Of a DNA stretch of 64,000 nt, positions 8,555 through 17,375 are shown piece by piece (position 1 is the first letter of the stretch; every line of letters starts with the position of its first letter). The notes under the pieces are model-generated. The model had not been told where the DNA came from and searched no databases. It worked only from the letters and a program-made list of their open reading frames with translations. Source of the stretch: Sphingopyxis sp. (GTDB lineage Bacteria > Pseudomonadota > Alphaproteobacteria > Sphingomonadales > Sphingomonadaceae); contig NZ_DATFFD010000011.1 in the NCBI RefSeq assembly GCF_035250425.1, positions 5,990 to 69,989 on the forward strand. The letters run 5' to 3'. The position numbers were made by a program, and so were the translations under genes.

Positions 8555-9732
8555 AGATGGGCGATCTGCCTCTGTCGCACCTCAAGGTCCTGGATCTTTC
8601 CCGGGTCCGCGCCGGTCCGACGTGCGTAAAGTTCTTCGGCGACTTCGGCGCGGATGTGATCAAGATCGAACGAACCGACGGGGAGGGCGACCCGATGGGG
8701 GACAATCGGCTTTCGTCGGATTATGTGAACGCGCAGCGCAACAAGCGCGGCATCACGCTGGATCTGAAGACGCCCGAGGGGGTAGAGGTCCTGAAGCGAC
8801 TAGTGAAGGATGCTGATATCCTCGTCGAGAATTTCCGTCCCGACGTGAAGTTTCGTCTCGGCATCGACTATGAATCGATGGCCGCCGTGAACGAGCGCCT
8901 CATTTACACCTCGATCTCGGCATTCGGCGAAAGCGGCCCATATCGTACAAGGCCGGGCTTCGATCTGATCGCCCAGGGAATGGGCGGGCTGATGTGGCTG
9001 ACCGGCTACCAGGATCGGGGGCCGCTTCGGGTGGGTATCTCGCCGGCCGACCTTTGCGCCGGTATCTTCGCGGCTATGGGGACGTTCGTCGCGCTTCAGG
9101 AGCGCGAGCGTTCGGGCAAGGGGCAATGGGTCCAGAGCAGCCTGCTGGCCTCGCAGATCATGATGCTCGACTATCAGGCGATGAGCTGGTTGATGGACAA
9201 GCGCATTCCGCTGCAACGCGGCAATGACCATCCGCAAATCGTGCCGACCGGCGTATATGAAGCGAGCGACGGCTATTTCACGCTCTCTACCGTGGGCAAT
9301 GACAGCTACCTGCGGCTTTGCAAAGCCATCGGCGCCCCCGAACTCGGCGCGGACCCGCGGTTTGTGGATGCTCCGACGCGCGAACGCAATCGCGACGAGA
9401 TGAACCATCTCATCAACCGGGCAACGCAGAAGAAGACGGCCGTCGAATGGGTCGAGATACTGAACGAAGCGGGTGTGCCGGCCGGACCGATCTACAAGCT
9501 CGACGAAATGTTCGATGATCCGCAGGTCAAGGAAACGGGGATCGTGCAGCCGCTCGATCATCCCGATCTCGGGACGGTCGAAATACTCGGCCAGCCGATC
9601 GGACTGAGCCGCACGCCGGCGCAATTCCTGCGGCCGCCGCCACGTCTCGGCGAGCACACCGACGAAGTTCTGACCGAAGCGGGCTTTGAAGCGCGAGAAA
9701 TTGCATCGCTTCGCGACAGGGGCGTGATCTGA
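8551..9732 (+). CDS. Family III (CaiB/BaiF) CoA-transferase
   Basis: LKVLDLSRVRAGP, GADVIKIE, RNKRGITLDLK, ADILVENFRP, GFDLIAQGMGGLM. ATGA overlap with the upstream gene (alternative start 8557). Confidence 0.9.
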   Translation: MKMGDLPLSHLKVLDLSRVRAGPTCVKFFGDFGADVIKIERTDGEGDPMGDNRLSSDYVNAQRNKRGITLDLKTPEGVEVLKRLVKDADILVENFRPDVKFRLGIDYESMAAVNERLIYTSISAFGESGPYRTRPGFDLIAQGMGGLMWLTGYQDRGPLRVGISPADLCAGIFAAMGTFVALQERERSGKGQWVQSSLLASQIMMLDYQAMSWLMDKRIPLQRGNDHPQIVPTGVYEASDGYFTLSTVGNDSYLRLCKAIGAPELGADPRFVDAPTRERNRDEMNHLINRATQKKTAVEWVEILNEAGVPAGPIYKLDEMFDDPQVKETGIVQPLDHPDLGTVEILGQPIGLSRTPAQFLRPPPRLGEHTDEVLTEAGFEAREIASLRDRGVI

Positions 9733-9775
9733 AGGATCGGACGCGGGAAAAGACGCGGCGAATAGGAGAGAGGTA

Positions 9776-10975
9776 ATGACGGATGTTCCACTTTATGATG
9801 TGGATCTTTTTACAAAGGAAAATCTCGACAACCCCTTTCCGCATTATGACGCGATCCGCGAGCTTGGTCCGGTGGTGCGGCTGCGAGCGCCCAATCCCGA
9901 CGTCCTCGTGCTCAGCCGCTTTCGCGACGTCACCCGCGCGCTTCAGTCACCGGCAGCGCTGATTTCCGGGAAGGGCACCGGGTTCAACGCCTTTATCAAC
10001 CAGGAAGTCGCGGAGCCCGGCGTTCTGGCGTCCGACGGAGCCCGCCATCGCAAGATGCGCATGCCGCTCATGAAATATCTTGCGCCGCCGGTCCTCGCCT
10101 CCATCCGTCCCGACCTCGATGCGAAAGCCGATGTCAAGCTTGCCGCCCTTGCAGATGGAAGCACGCGCGAGGCGATTTCCGAGATCGCCAGTCTTCTGCC
10201 GGTGGATGTCATTTCCGAACTCGTGGGGTTGCCCGAGGGGGACCGCAAGAAGATGCTGAAATGGGCATCTTCGAGCTTCAATGTGCTTGGCCCTATCGAC
10301 CGTGACGGCGAGCCGATCCCCGAACTCATCGACGATCTGGCAACCGCCGGCGAGGTGATCCGATATCTGAAGACCTTTGATCCGGCCTCGCTGCGACCCG
10401 GTTCATGGGCCGCGGAGCTTTTCGAGCAAGTGCAGACCGGCGGCATGACGGTCGGCGATGCGCGCGTCAGCCTTCGGGCCTTCGTCCTTCCGAGCCTCGA
10501 TACGACAATCAACGCCGCCGGCAATCTGCTTTATCTCCTCGGGACCAACCCCGACCAGTACCAGCGCCTTCGCGCCGAGCCGGAGCTGATCCCGAGCGCG
10601 GTGCTCGAGGCGATGCGCCACACCACGATCGTCCGCTGGTTCTCGCGCGTCGCCGTCGAGGACTATCGCGCCGACGATGTCTTCATTCCTGCCGGCGAAC
10701 GCGTGATGCTGCTGTTCGGGGCCGCAAACCGGGATCCCAGCAAATATCAGGATCCGGAACGCTTCGACGTAGCGCGTAATCCGGCAGACCAGCTCGGATG
10801 GAGTGCGGGTCCGCATATTTGCGCCGGAAAGCATTTGGCGAAGATGGAAATGGAGGCGCTATTGAAAGCGCTTGTCAAGCATGCCGCCGCGATCGAGGTG
10901 GATGCGCCGACGCCGCTTTCCAATCGCGGCGTTATTGGCATTCGCTCGATGCCGATCCGGCTGCTTCCGGCCTGA
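9776..10975 (+). CDS. Cytochrome P450 (reminiscent of CYP199/aryl-ether O-dealkylase types)
   Basis: I-helix PSLDTT, ExxR (EAMR), AANRDP, heme-Cys motif GWSAGPHICAG. Confidence 0.9.
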   Translation: MTDVPLYDVDLFTKENLDNPFPHYDAIRELGPVVRLRAPNPDVLVLSRFRDVTRALQSPAALISGKGTGFNAFINQEVAEPGVLASDGARHRKMRMPLMKYLAPPVLASIRPDLDAKADVKLAALADGSTREAISEIASLLPVDVISELVGLPEGDRKKMLKWASSSFNVLGPIDRDGEPIPELIDDLATAGEVIRYLKTFDPASLRPGSWAAELFEQVQTGGMTVGDARVSLRAFVLPSLDTTINAAGNLLYLLGTNPDQYQRLRAEPELIPSAVLEAMRHTTIVRWFSRVAVEDYRADDVFIPAGERVMLLFGAANRDPSKYQDPERFDVARNPADQLGWSAGPHICAGKHLAKMEMEALLKALVKHAAAIEVDAPTPLSNRGVIGIRSMPIRLLPA

Positions 10976-10979
10976 CGCC

Positions 10980-11783
10980 ATGGAACCGTCGAAGCGCTTT
11001 GGGGTGAAGGCGGGCCGCGTCGCCGGCAAGCTTGCCCTCGTAACCGGTGCAGGGCAGGGGATCGGCGCCTGCACTGCGCGCCTGCTCGCCTCCGAAGGGG
11101 CGAAGATCCTGCTCACCGATCGCAACGAGGATGCCGTTCAGGAGCGCGCAGGAGAGATCAACGCCGAGTTCGGGCCCGGCGTTGCCTTCGCCGCCCGCCA
11201 GGATGTAACGCAAGAAGAGGACTGGGCTACGGCGATTCAGGCCGCAAGCGAGATGATGGGCGGACTGTCGGTGTTGGTGAATAATGCAGGCATCGTCCTG
11301 ACGGGCAGTGTCGAGGATTTCAGCCTTGAGGAATGGCGTCACGGTATGGCGGTCAATACCGACAGCGTCTTTCTTGGCTGCAAAATTGCGCTGCCCTTGC
11401 TGCGAGAAGGCCAGCCTGCATCGATCATCAATATTTCTTCGATCGCCGGGCTGATCGCATCGGCGACCTTCGCGAATTACAATGCCTCGAAGGCTGCCGT
11501 ATGGCTCCTCAGCAAGTCCGTCGCCCTGCATTGCGCGCGAAACGGCTGGGACATCCGCTGCAACTCGGTACACCCGAGCTTCATCCAGACGCCGATCCTC
11601 GACGACCTGGTCGGAGACAAGGAGCGCGATGTGGTCCTGGCCAAGCTTGCGCGTCAGGTTCCGCTTGGCCGTCTCGGCGAGGCGGAGGAGGTGGCCAGCG
11701 CAATCCTTTATCTGGCCTCGGATGAATCGCGTTTCATGACGGCCTCAGAAATGAAGCTCGACGGCGGAATTTCCGCAATGTGA
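10980..11783 (+). CDS. Short-chain dehydrogenase/reductase
   Basis: TGAGQGIG, VNNAG, YNASK. Start re-set to MEPSK at 10980. Confidence 0.9.
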   Translation: MEPSKRFGVKAGRVAGKLALVTGAGQGIGACTARLLASEGAKILLTDRNEDAVQERAGEINAEFGPGVAFAARQDVTQEEDWATAIQAASEMMGGLSVLVNNAGIVLTGSVEDFSLEEWRHGMAVNTDSVFLGCKIALPLLREGQPASIINISSIAGLIASATFANYNASKAAVWLLSKSVALHCARNGWDIRCNSVHPSFIQTPILDDLVGDKERDVVLAKLARQVPLGRLGEAEEVASAILYLASDESRFMTASEMKLDGGISAM

Positions 11784-11790
11784 CCAGCTC

Positions 11791-12426
11791 TCAGCCGGGC
11801 AAGGCGGCCAGCGTCGCGGCTTCGAATTCCAGGGTCCTGCGAATGCACTCCCGCGCGCCAAGGCGCTCGAAAAAGGCGCTGCACCGGGGGTGTTCGTCGA
11901 TGCCGATCCCCAGCTGTACCATTCGCCGCAGGCACCAGAAAAGATAGATGTCTGCGATCGAAAAGCGATCGAAGAGCCATTGGCGCCCGGCCAGCATGTC
12001 TTCGGCGATGTCGGAGAATTCCTGGAGGCGAGCAACCGCACGCTCACGGACGGCTGCCTCGGCCGCTTCGAGGTCGCAGAAATGCCTTGGCACCTGGTAC
12101 GCCGAAAGCGGCGGGTGCACGCCCGAGGCGAACCAGGCCATCAGCGAAATGCTGCGATACCGGTCAAATCCGGACGGCAAAAGTGCCGCGTCGGCAAACT
12201 GATCGGCGATCCATTCGAGAATGGCCACATTTTCGGTAAGCCGATCCTCTCCGATAGCGAGTACGGGCACGGCATGCTTGCGTGTGATGCTAAGAAACGC
12301 GTCGCCATGCTGTTCGCGCTTGCGAAGGTTGACGACCTCCACGTCGAATTCGACGTTCGCCTCGATCAGCGCCGCGAACGGCACGAGCGCGCAGGTGTTG
12401 GGGAAATAATAGAGCTTGATGTTCAT
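11791..12426 (-). CDS. Glutathione S-transferase (beta-class-like)
   Basis: KLYYFPNTCALVP, VPVL, LTENVAILEWIAD, FSIADIYLF. Confidence 0.88.
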   Translation of the reverse strand: MNIKLYYFPNTCALVPFAALIEANVEFDVEVVNLRKREQHGDAFLSITRKHAVPVLAIGEDRLTENVAILEWIADQFADAALLPSGFDRYRSISLMAWFASGVHPPLSAYQVPRHFCDLEAAEAAVRERAVARLQEFSDIAEDMLAGRQWLFDRFSIADIYLFWCLRRMVQLGIGIDEHPRCSAFFERLGARECIRRTLEFEAATLAALPG

Positions 12427-12450
12427 ATACTCTCTTCCCGCATCGGTTCC

Positions 12451-14181
12451 TCAGGCCAGCGACAGGACATGCCGTACGGCATCGGTGAGACCGGCTACGG
12501 CATCGGGAGGCAGATCCGTCGATCGCCACGCCACCCAGCGGTCGGGACGCACCAGCAGCGCGCCATGATCGCTCACTTCGCGCACCGCGGCCCATTCGCC
12601 GGTCAGATCGTCGAATTCGCACCCCTTGCCAATGGTGCGAACGGTGAGCGGCACGCCGGTCTCGCGAGTGACCGCTTCGGCTGCCTCGGCCCAAGCTTTT
12701 CCTCCCAGGCCGACGAGAAGGCAGAAACTGCCCTTGCCCACGATGTCGAGTGTCGACACCTCCGCTGCGCCGTGCTGGACCCACGCGTGGGGAAGGTAGG
12801 CGCCTGGAAAGCTGGTCGGTTCATAATATAGTTCCGGGTCGCGCGACGGAGAAGGCATCGGAAGCCCGTCATCGTGAATTGCGCTGGATCGGTAACGCTG
12901 CCCCAGTTCCATGCCGATCGCATTCGAACGATAGTTGCCGAGCGCGATGGCCGCGTCGAGTTTTGCGCGTCGTTCGGCCGCTTCCGCCGTGTCCGAGAAC
13001 AAGGTTTCCAGCTTCTGCCATGCTTCGTTCTCGGGCATCTCGTCCGTCCAGCCCACGGCGGCGGGAATCGGGGCGTTATTCGCCATGCTCTTGTTCGCGC
13101 GCTCCACGAGGTGGCGGCCGACCGGCTGGCGTTCGTCATGATAGGTGTCGAGAAGCGCCTCGCCCGCATACCCTTTGAGAACATGGGCGAGCTTCCAGGC
13201 GAGATTGAACGCGTCCTGCACCGAGGTATTGGCGCCGAGGCCGCCTGCGGGGGGATGCCGGTGCGCCGCGTCGCCGGCGAGGAAAATGCGTCCCTTGCGA
13301 TATTGGCGGGCGTAGATGTGATTGACGCGCCAGTCGTAAATCTGGTTGATCTTGATCGCTACGTCGGGGTCGCCGATCGTTTCGCGCGCCCGCTTAAGAA
13401 GCTCTGCCTCGCCGACGTCCGCCGTGCCGGCCATTGAGAAGAGCCACTCGCTGTAGGGCGTTACGCAAAGCCAGCTGCCTGCGCCGTACCATTGATGGGG
13501 GCCGGGCCGGAAGATATTGTAGAGATAGGCGGGCCGGTGGGCGGCATATTTGGCTAGATCCGCCTCGACCCACATGCTGACGAGACCTTTTTCAGTCGGT
13601 GCTCCTTCCATTTCGAAACCGCACTGCTCCGCGACAGTGGAGCGCCCACCATCGGCACCGATCGCGAAGGCGGCCTCGATCCGATATTCTTCGCCTGTCT
13701 CGCGGTTTCTGATCGCCGCGACCACCCCGTCGGTATGCTGTTCGATGCTGAGCATCTCGTTGGAATATCGGATATCCGCGCCCTTGGACTTGGCTCCAGC
13801 AAGGAGGACCGGTTCGAGCCTGTGCTGCGCAATATTCCACCCGACGCACGGCGATGCGGCGGCATAATCGGATAGCCGCGCGGCCGAGGTGCCGTAGCTT
13901 CGATAGCGCGCGAACTCCATTCCATCCATCGAGGTCGCAAACACGTTGAATGGCAGCGACCGCATCGAGACCCCCTGCGTCTTCATCTCATCCTCGATGC
14001 CAAGGTCGCGGTAGACTTCCATGCTCCGGGCGTTGGCGACGGTCGCGCGGGGGGTCGGAGCGCACGCGCCATATTTTGAAATGCCGATGACCGCGATGCC
14101 GTATCCCGCCAGCAAGGCTGACGCCGCCAATCCGCTCGGTCCAGCGCCGACGACGAGTACCCCGCATTTTTCAGTGCGCAT
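12451..14181 (-). CDS. FAD-dependent phenol monooxygenase (TfdB/HbpA/PheA family), copy 1
   Basis: GAGPSG, IGADGGRS, LAGDAAHRHPPAGGLGANTSVQDAFNLAWKL, C-terminal LVRPD domain. Start re-set to 14181 (RBS GGGAG). Confidence 0.9.
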   Translation of the reverse strand: MRTEKCGVLVVGAGPSGLAASALLAGYGIAVIGISKYGACAPTPRATVANARSMEVYRDLGIEDEMKTQGVSMRSLPFNVFATSMDGMEFARYRSYGTSAARLSDYAAASPCVGWNIAQHRLEPVLLAGAKSKGADIRYSNEMLSIEQHTDGVVAAIRNRETGEEYRIEAAFAIGADGGRSTVAEQCGFEMEGAPTEKGLVSMWVEADLAKYAAHRPAYLYNIFRPGPHQWYGAGSWLCVTPYSEWLFSMAGTADVGEAELLKRARETIGDPDVAIKINQIYDWRVNHIYARQYRKGRIFLAGDAAHRHPPAGGLGANTSVQDAFNLAWKLAHVLKGYAGEALLDTYHDERQPVGRHLVERANKSMANNAPIPAAVGWTDEMPENEAWQKLETLFSDTAEAAERRAKLDAAIALGNYRSNAIGMELGQRYRSSAIHDDGLPMPSPSRDPELYYEPTSFPGAYLPHAWVQHGAAEVSTLDIVGKGSFCLLVGLGGKAWAEAAEAVTRETGVPLTVRTIGKGCEFDDLTGEWAAVREVSDHGALLVRPDRWVAWRSTDLPPDAVAGLTDAVRHVLSLA

Positions 14182-14228
14182 CGGTTTAATCTCCCAAGTT
14201 CGTATCACCATCCCATATCTTCCAAGAG

Positions 14229-14241
14229 ATTGTAGGACAAT
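14229..14241. promoter_or_regulatory. Module A operator (perfect)
   Basis: ATTGTAGGACAAT, 48 bp upstream of monooxygenase 1. Confidence 0.75.
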
Positions 14242-14311
14242 ATAGTCATTAAGCTGTCTTCGCAGCGATCGGGCTGGATGCTTTCCGTCCCCGCGCCGCC
14301 GCTTTAAACCG

Positions 14312-15280
14312 TTACGGGGCCGTGATACGGCTTACGAGGGATCCGATGCCTTCGCCCTTGATCTCGACCTCATCGCCGGGCTTCAGGAAAAGGTCGACAG
14401 GCCAGCTGCGATCGGCATTCGGCTTTGTCTGGTCGATCGCCGTTCCGGCTCCCGTACCGCCGGCGATCACATCGCCCGGAAAGAAGGTGAAATCGCGAGA
14501 ATAATATTCCAGGATTTCGGCGAAGGAATAGATCATCTCGTTCGAACTGAAATGCTGTCTCACTGTACCGTTGACGATGGTGGACAGCATGAAATCGTCG
14601 GCATCGACCTCCCCGACGACGATGCAGGGACCAATTGACTTCGAGCAGTCGAAATTCTTCACCGGCATGAAAGGAGGGTTGGGCTTGGGAGGCCATTCGG
14701 GAATCCGGATGCTCCAGTCCGCCACGAGGGTCACGCCCCAGACATAGGCAGCACCGTCGCTGGCCTTGATGTCCTTGCCCTGCTTGCCGAGGATAATGCC
14801 CGGCTCCGCCTCGAAATCGAAATAGCCGTTCGCGCGCTTCGGAATCTGGATATCGGCATCGGGTCCCATGATTGGGCGAGCTTGGCCCCAGAAACCGGAC
14901 GGCGGCAAGGCGCGGCCTTTCTCCCGGGCCTCTTCGACCGTGAGCGCATCGCCCATGTTTGTGAAGGCTTCCGACTGGTGCGAGGGGTTATTGCTGCCGG
15001 CGAGGAAGAACCGCTGCCCGGGCCAGGGGGCGTTGAGACTGGTTTCGGCGGCGTCGAGCCAAAGCGAGGGCTGGTCGGCCCCCGCGAGTTTGTCGGCGAG
15101 ACGGCCAACGATGTCGAGCCCGTGCGAACCCGACTCGATCAAGCCCTGAAGCGAGCCGAAGGTGGCGACCCAAGCGTCGCCGCCCAGCGTATGCGCGCCA
15201 GCGGCGATCGCAAGATCGAGGATACGGTCATTCACGAGCAGCCCGACGCGGTTCCGTGGCCCAAATGTAACGAATTTCAT
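14312..15280 (-). CDS. FAH family protein, paralogue of 5749-6714
   Basis: MKFVTFG, LAGSNN, DFEAEPGIILG, ADWSIR, KNFDCS.SIGP, PGDVIAGGTGAG. Confidence 0.88.
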   Translation of the reverse strand: MKFVTFGPRNRVGLLVNDRILDLAIAAGAHTLGGDAWVATFGSLQGLIESGSHGLDIVGRLADKLAGADQPSLWLDAAETSLNAPWPGQRFFLAGSNNPSHQSEAFTNMGDALTVEEAREKGRALPPSGFWGQARPIMGPDADIQIPKRANGYFDFEAEPGIILGKQGKDIKASDGAAYVWGVTLVADWSIRIPEWPPKPNPPFMPVKNFDCSKSIGPCIVVGEVDADDFMLSTIVNGTVRQHFSSNEMIYSFAEILEYYSRDFTFFPGDVIAGGTGAGTAIDQTKPNADRSWPVDLFLKPGDEVEIKGEGIGSLVSRITAP

Positions 15281-15394
15281 TGGCTGTCTCTCCCTTGGCC
15301 GCGACCTCGTTTCTGGTGCGCTGGCTGTCAAACATTGGCCCGGAGCTGTTGCCCGAGCGTTATGGGCATATTAGGCCGACGATGCTATTGCAAG

Positions 15395-15407
15395 ATTGTA
15401 GGACAGT
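15395..15407. promoter_or_regulatory. Module A operator
   Basis: ATTGTAGGACAGT, 12/13, between the divergent FAH and hydrolase genes. Confidence 0.7.
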
Positions 15408-15508
15408 GTTGTAACATAAAATGGCTATCAAGGCAGGCGGAGCGAACGCGATCCGGTGCCGGCGCATTGATGAAACGGCGGGTTAACCGCTTGGTCACGG
15501 GGAAAGAG

Positions 15509-16408
15509 ATGCCTAATTTCAAGAGCGATGGCGTCGATCTGTATTTCGAGGAAACCGGCGCGGGCGATCCGATCATCTGGATTCATGAATTCGCCGCCGA
15601 TTATCGGACGTGGGAAGCTCAGGTCCGTCGCTTCTCGCGCGATTATCGTTGCATCACATACAACGCCCGCGGCTACCCACCTTCGGCGGTGCCCGAGGAT
15701 CCCGGCGCATATACCTATGTAAGTCACCGCGACGACGTCATCCGCCTGATGGACCATCTGGACATCGAAAAGGCGCACCTCGTCGGACTGAGTATGGGGG
15801 CCTATACCGGTCTTCAGGTGGTGCTCGAATATCCGCATCGCGTGCGATCGCTGGTCTTCTCCAGCGGCGGCTCGGGCGCTCCCGGCGCCTCGCGCGAGAA
15901 GTTCAGGCAGGACACGTTCGAAGGCGCCGACCGCATGCTGGCCGAGGGAATGGAGGCGGGCGCCCACGGCCTCGCGATGGGCGCGACGCGCATCCAGCTT
16001 CTCAACAAGGATCCGCGTGGATGGGAAGAGTTCCGCCGCTATATGGGCGAGCATTCAGCCCTTGGCTCCGCGTTGACGCTGAAAAACTACCAGGCGCTCC
16101 GGCCGAGCCTCTATGATTATGAGGAGCGGCTGAAAGCCGTCGACGTACCGGTGCTGCTCGCGGTCGGCGACGAGGATGACCCGGTTATAGAAGCGAGCAT
16201 CTATCTCAAGCGAACGCTGCCGCGTGCTGGACTCTGGATGCACCCGCAAACCGGGCATGGAATGAATATCGAGGAACCTGACGAATATAATCGGCGGATA
16301 GGCGAATTCCTGTCCGCGGTGGAGCGCGGCGCCTGGCGGGTGCGCGACAATCGCGCAAACCCGGGGCAGTCGGTTTTCATGGGTGATCGTGCGGAGCACA
16401 GGGCGTGA
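15509..16408 (+). CDS. Alpha/beta hydrolase (enol-lactonase-like)
   Basis: YFEETGAG, YNARGY, nucleophile GLSMG, VGDEDD, TGHGMNIE. The ORF-track extension to 14882 is antisense to the FAH gene. Confidence 0.88.
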   Translation: MPNFKSDGVDLYFEETGAGDPIIWIHEFAADYRTWEAQVRRFSRDYRCITYNARGYPPSAVPEDPGAYTYVSHRDDVIRLMDHLDIEKAHLVGLSMGAYTGLQVVLEYPHRVRSLVFSSGGSGAPGASREKFRQDTFEGADRMLAEGMEAGAHGLAMGATRIQLLNKDPRGWEEFRRYMGEHSALGSALTLKNYQALRPSLYDYEERLKAVDVPVLLAVGDEDDPVIEASIYLKRTLPRAGLWMHPQTGHGMNIEEPDEYNRRIGEFLSAVERGAWRVRDNRANPGQSVFMGDRAEHRA

Positions 16409-17148
16409 ATCTCCAGTTGGAAGGCAAGCTGGCGCTCGTAACCGGCGGGTCGAAAGGCATCGGTGCGGCCATCGCGCGCAAGCTCGCTGAGGAGGGATGC
16501 GAGACGGTCATCGTGGGCCGAAACAGTGACCAGCTGGAAGCGATCGCTGCGTCGATTGCTGCAGATACAGGCTCGCGGTGCCATGCCGAGGCTGCTGACC
16601 TCTCGCGGTCGGAGGCGATCACCGATGTCGCCGCGAAATGGGCGCATGTCGATATCCTCGTCAACAATGCTGGCGCCATTCCCGGCGGACGGCTTGGCGA
16701 TATTTCCGAAGCGGCGTGGCGCGAAGCTTGGGACCTGAAGGTGTTCGGCTATATCAATTTGACGCGAGCGTTATTCGACGCGATGGCGAAGCGCGGGCAG
16801 GGCGTCGTTGTGAACATCATCGGTGCGGCCGCCCAGATCCGGGACCCCTCCTATATCTGCGGGGTGACGGGCAATGCCGCGCTTACTGCCTTCACAATGT
16901 CGCTCGGCAGCGACAGTCATCGTCACGGTGTCCGGGTCGTGGGCGTCAGTCCTGGACCGGTCGCCACCGAGCGGCTGCAGCAACTTCTCGGCGCCGTCGA
17001 GAGCAGCGCGGCGCGACCGTTCGGACGGGCCGCGTCGCCCGAAGAAATCGCCGCCGCCGCCGTTTTTCTCGCGTCGCCGATCTCGGGATATACGACAGGA
17101 ACCGTGCTGATGGTCGACGGTGGAATTTCGGCTCGCGCGGCGTCTTAG
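16405..17148 (+). CDS. Short-chain dehydrogenase/reductase (non-canonical YxxxK)
   Basis: TGGSKGIG, VNNAG; YICGVTGNAAL in place of YxxxK. GTGA overlap. Confidence 0.85.
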   Translation: MNLQLEGKLALVTGGSKGIGAAIARKLAEEGCETVIVGRNSDQLEAIAASIAADTGSRCHAEAADLSRSEAITDVAAKWAHVDILVNNAGAIPGGRLGDISEAAWREAWDLKVFGYINLTRALFDAMAKRGQGVVVNIIGAAAQIRDPSYICGVTGNAALTAFTMSLGSDSHRHGVRVVGVSPGPVATERLQQLLGAVESSAARPFGRAASPEEIAAAAVFLASPISGYTTGTVLMVDGGISARAAS

Positions 17149-17320
17149 GTGGCCCTGATGATGACACGCCCGCTCGATAGGGACAGTTGGGTTGCTCCGC
17201 GCATGCGCGTCGTGTCGCCGGATTTGCAGGATGTCTTCGCGACCGCCCGGTTTTTGCGAGGCCATCGTTCATTGACCGGGCATCGCAAGGCCTTGCTTCA
17301 CCGGATTGTCTTTGATAAAA

Positions 17321-17333
17321 ACTGTCCTACAAT
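17321..17333. promoter_or_regulatory. Module A operator
   Basis: ACTGTCCTACAAT, 12/13, upstream of monooxygenase 2. Confidence 0.7.
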
Positions 17334-17375
17334 GTCATCATACATAAATAGCAATTTGTGGAGGGGGAGGGGTTG

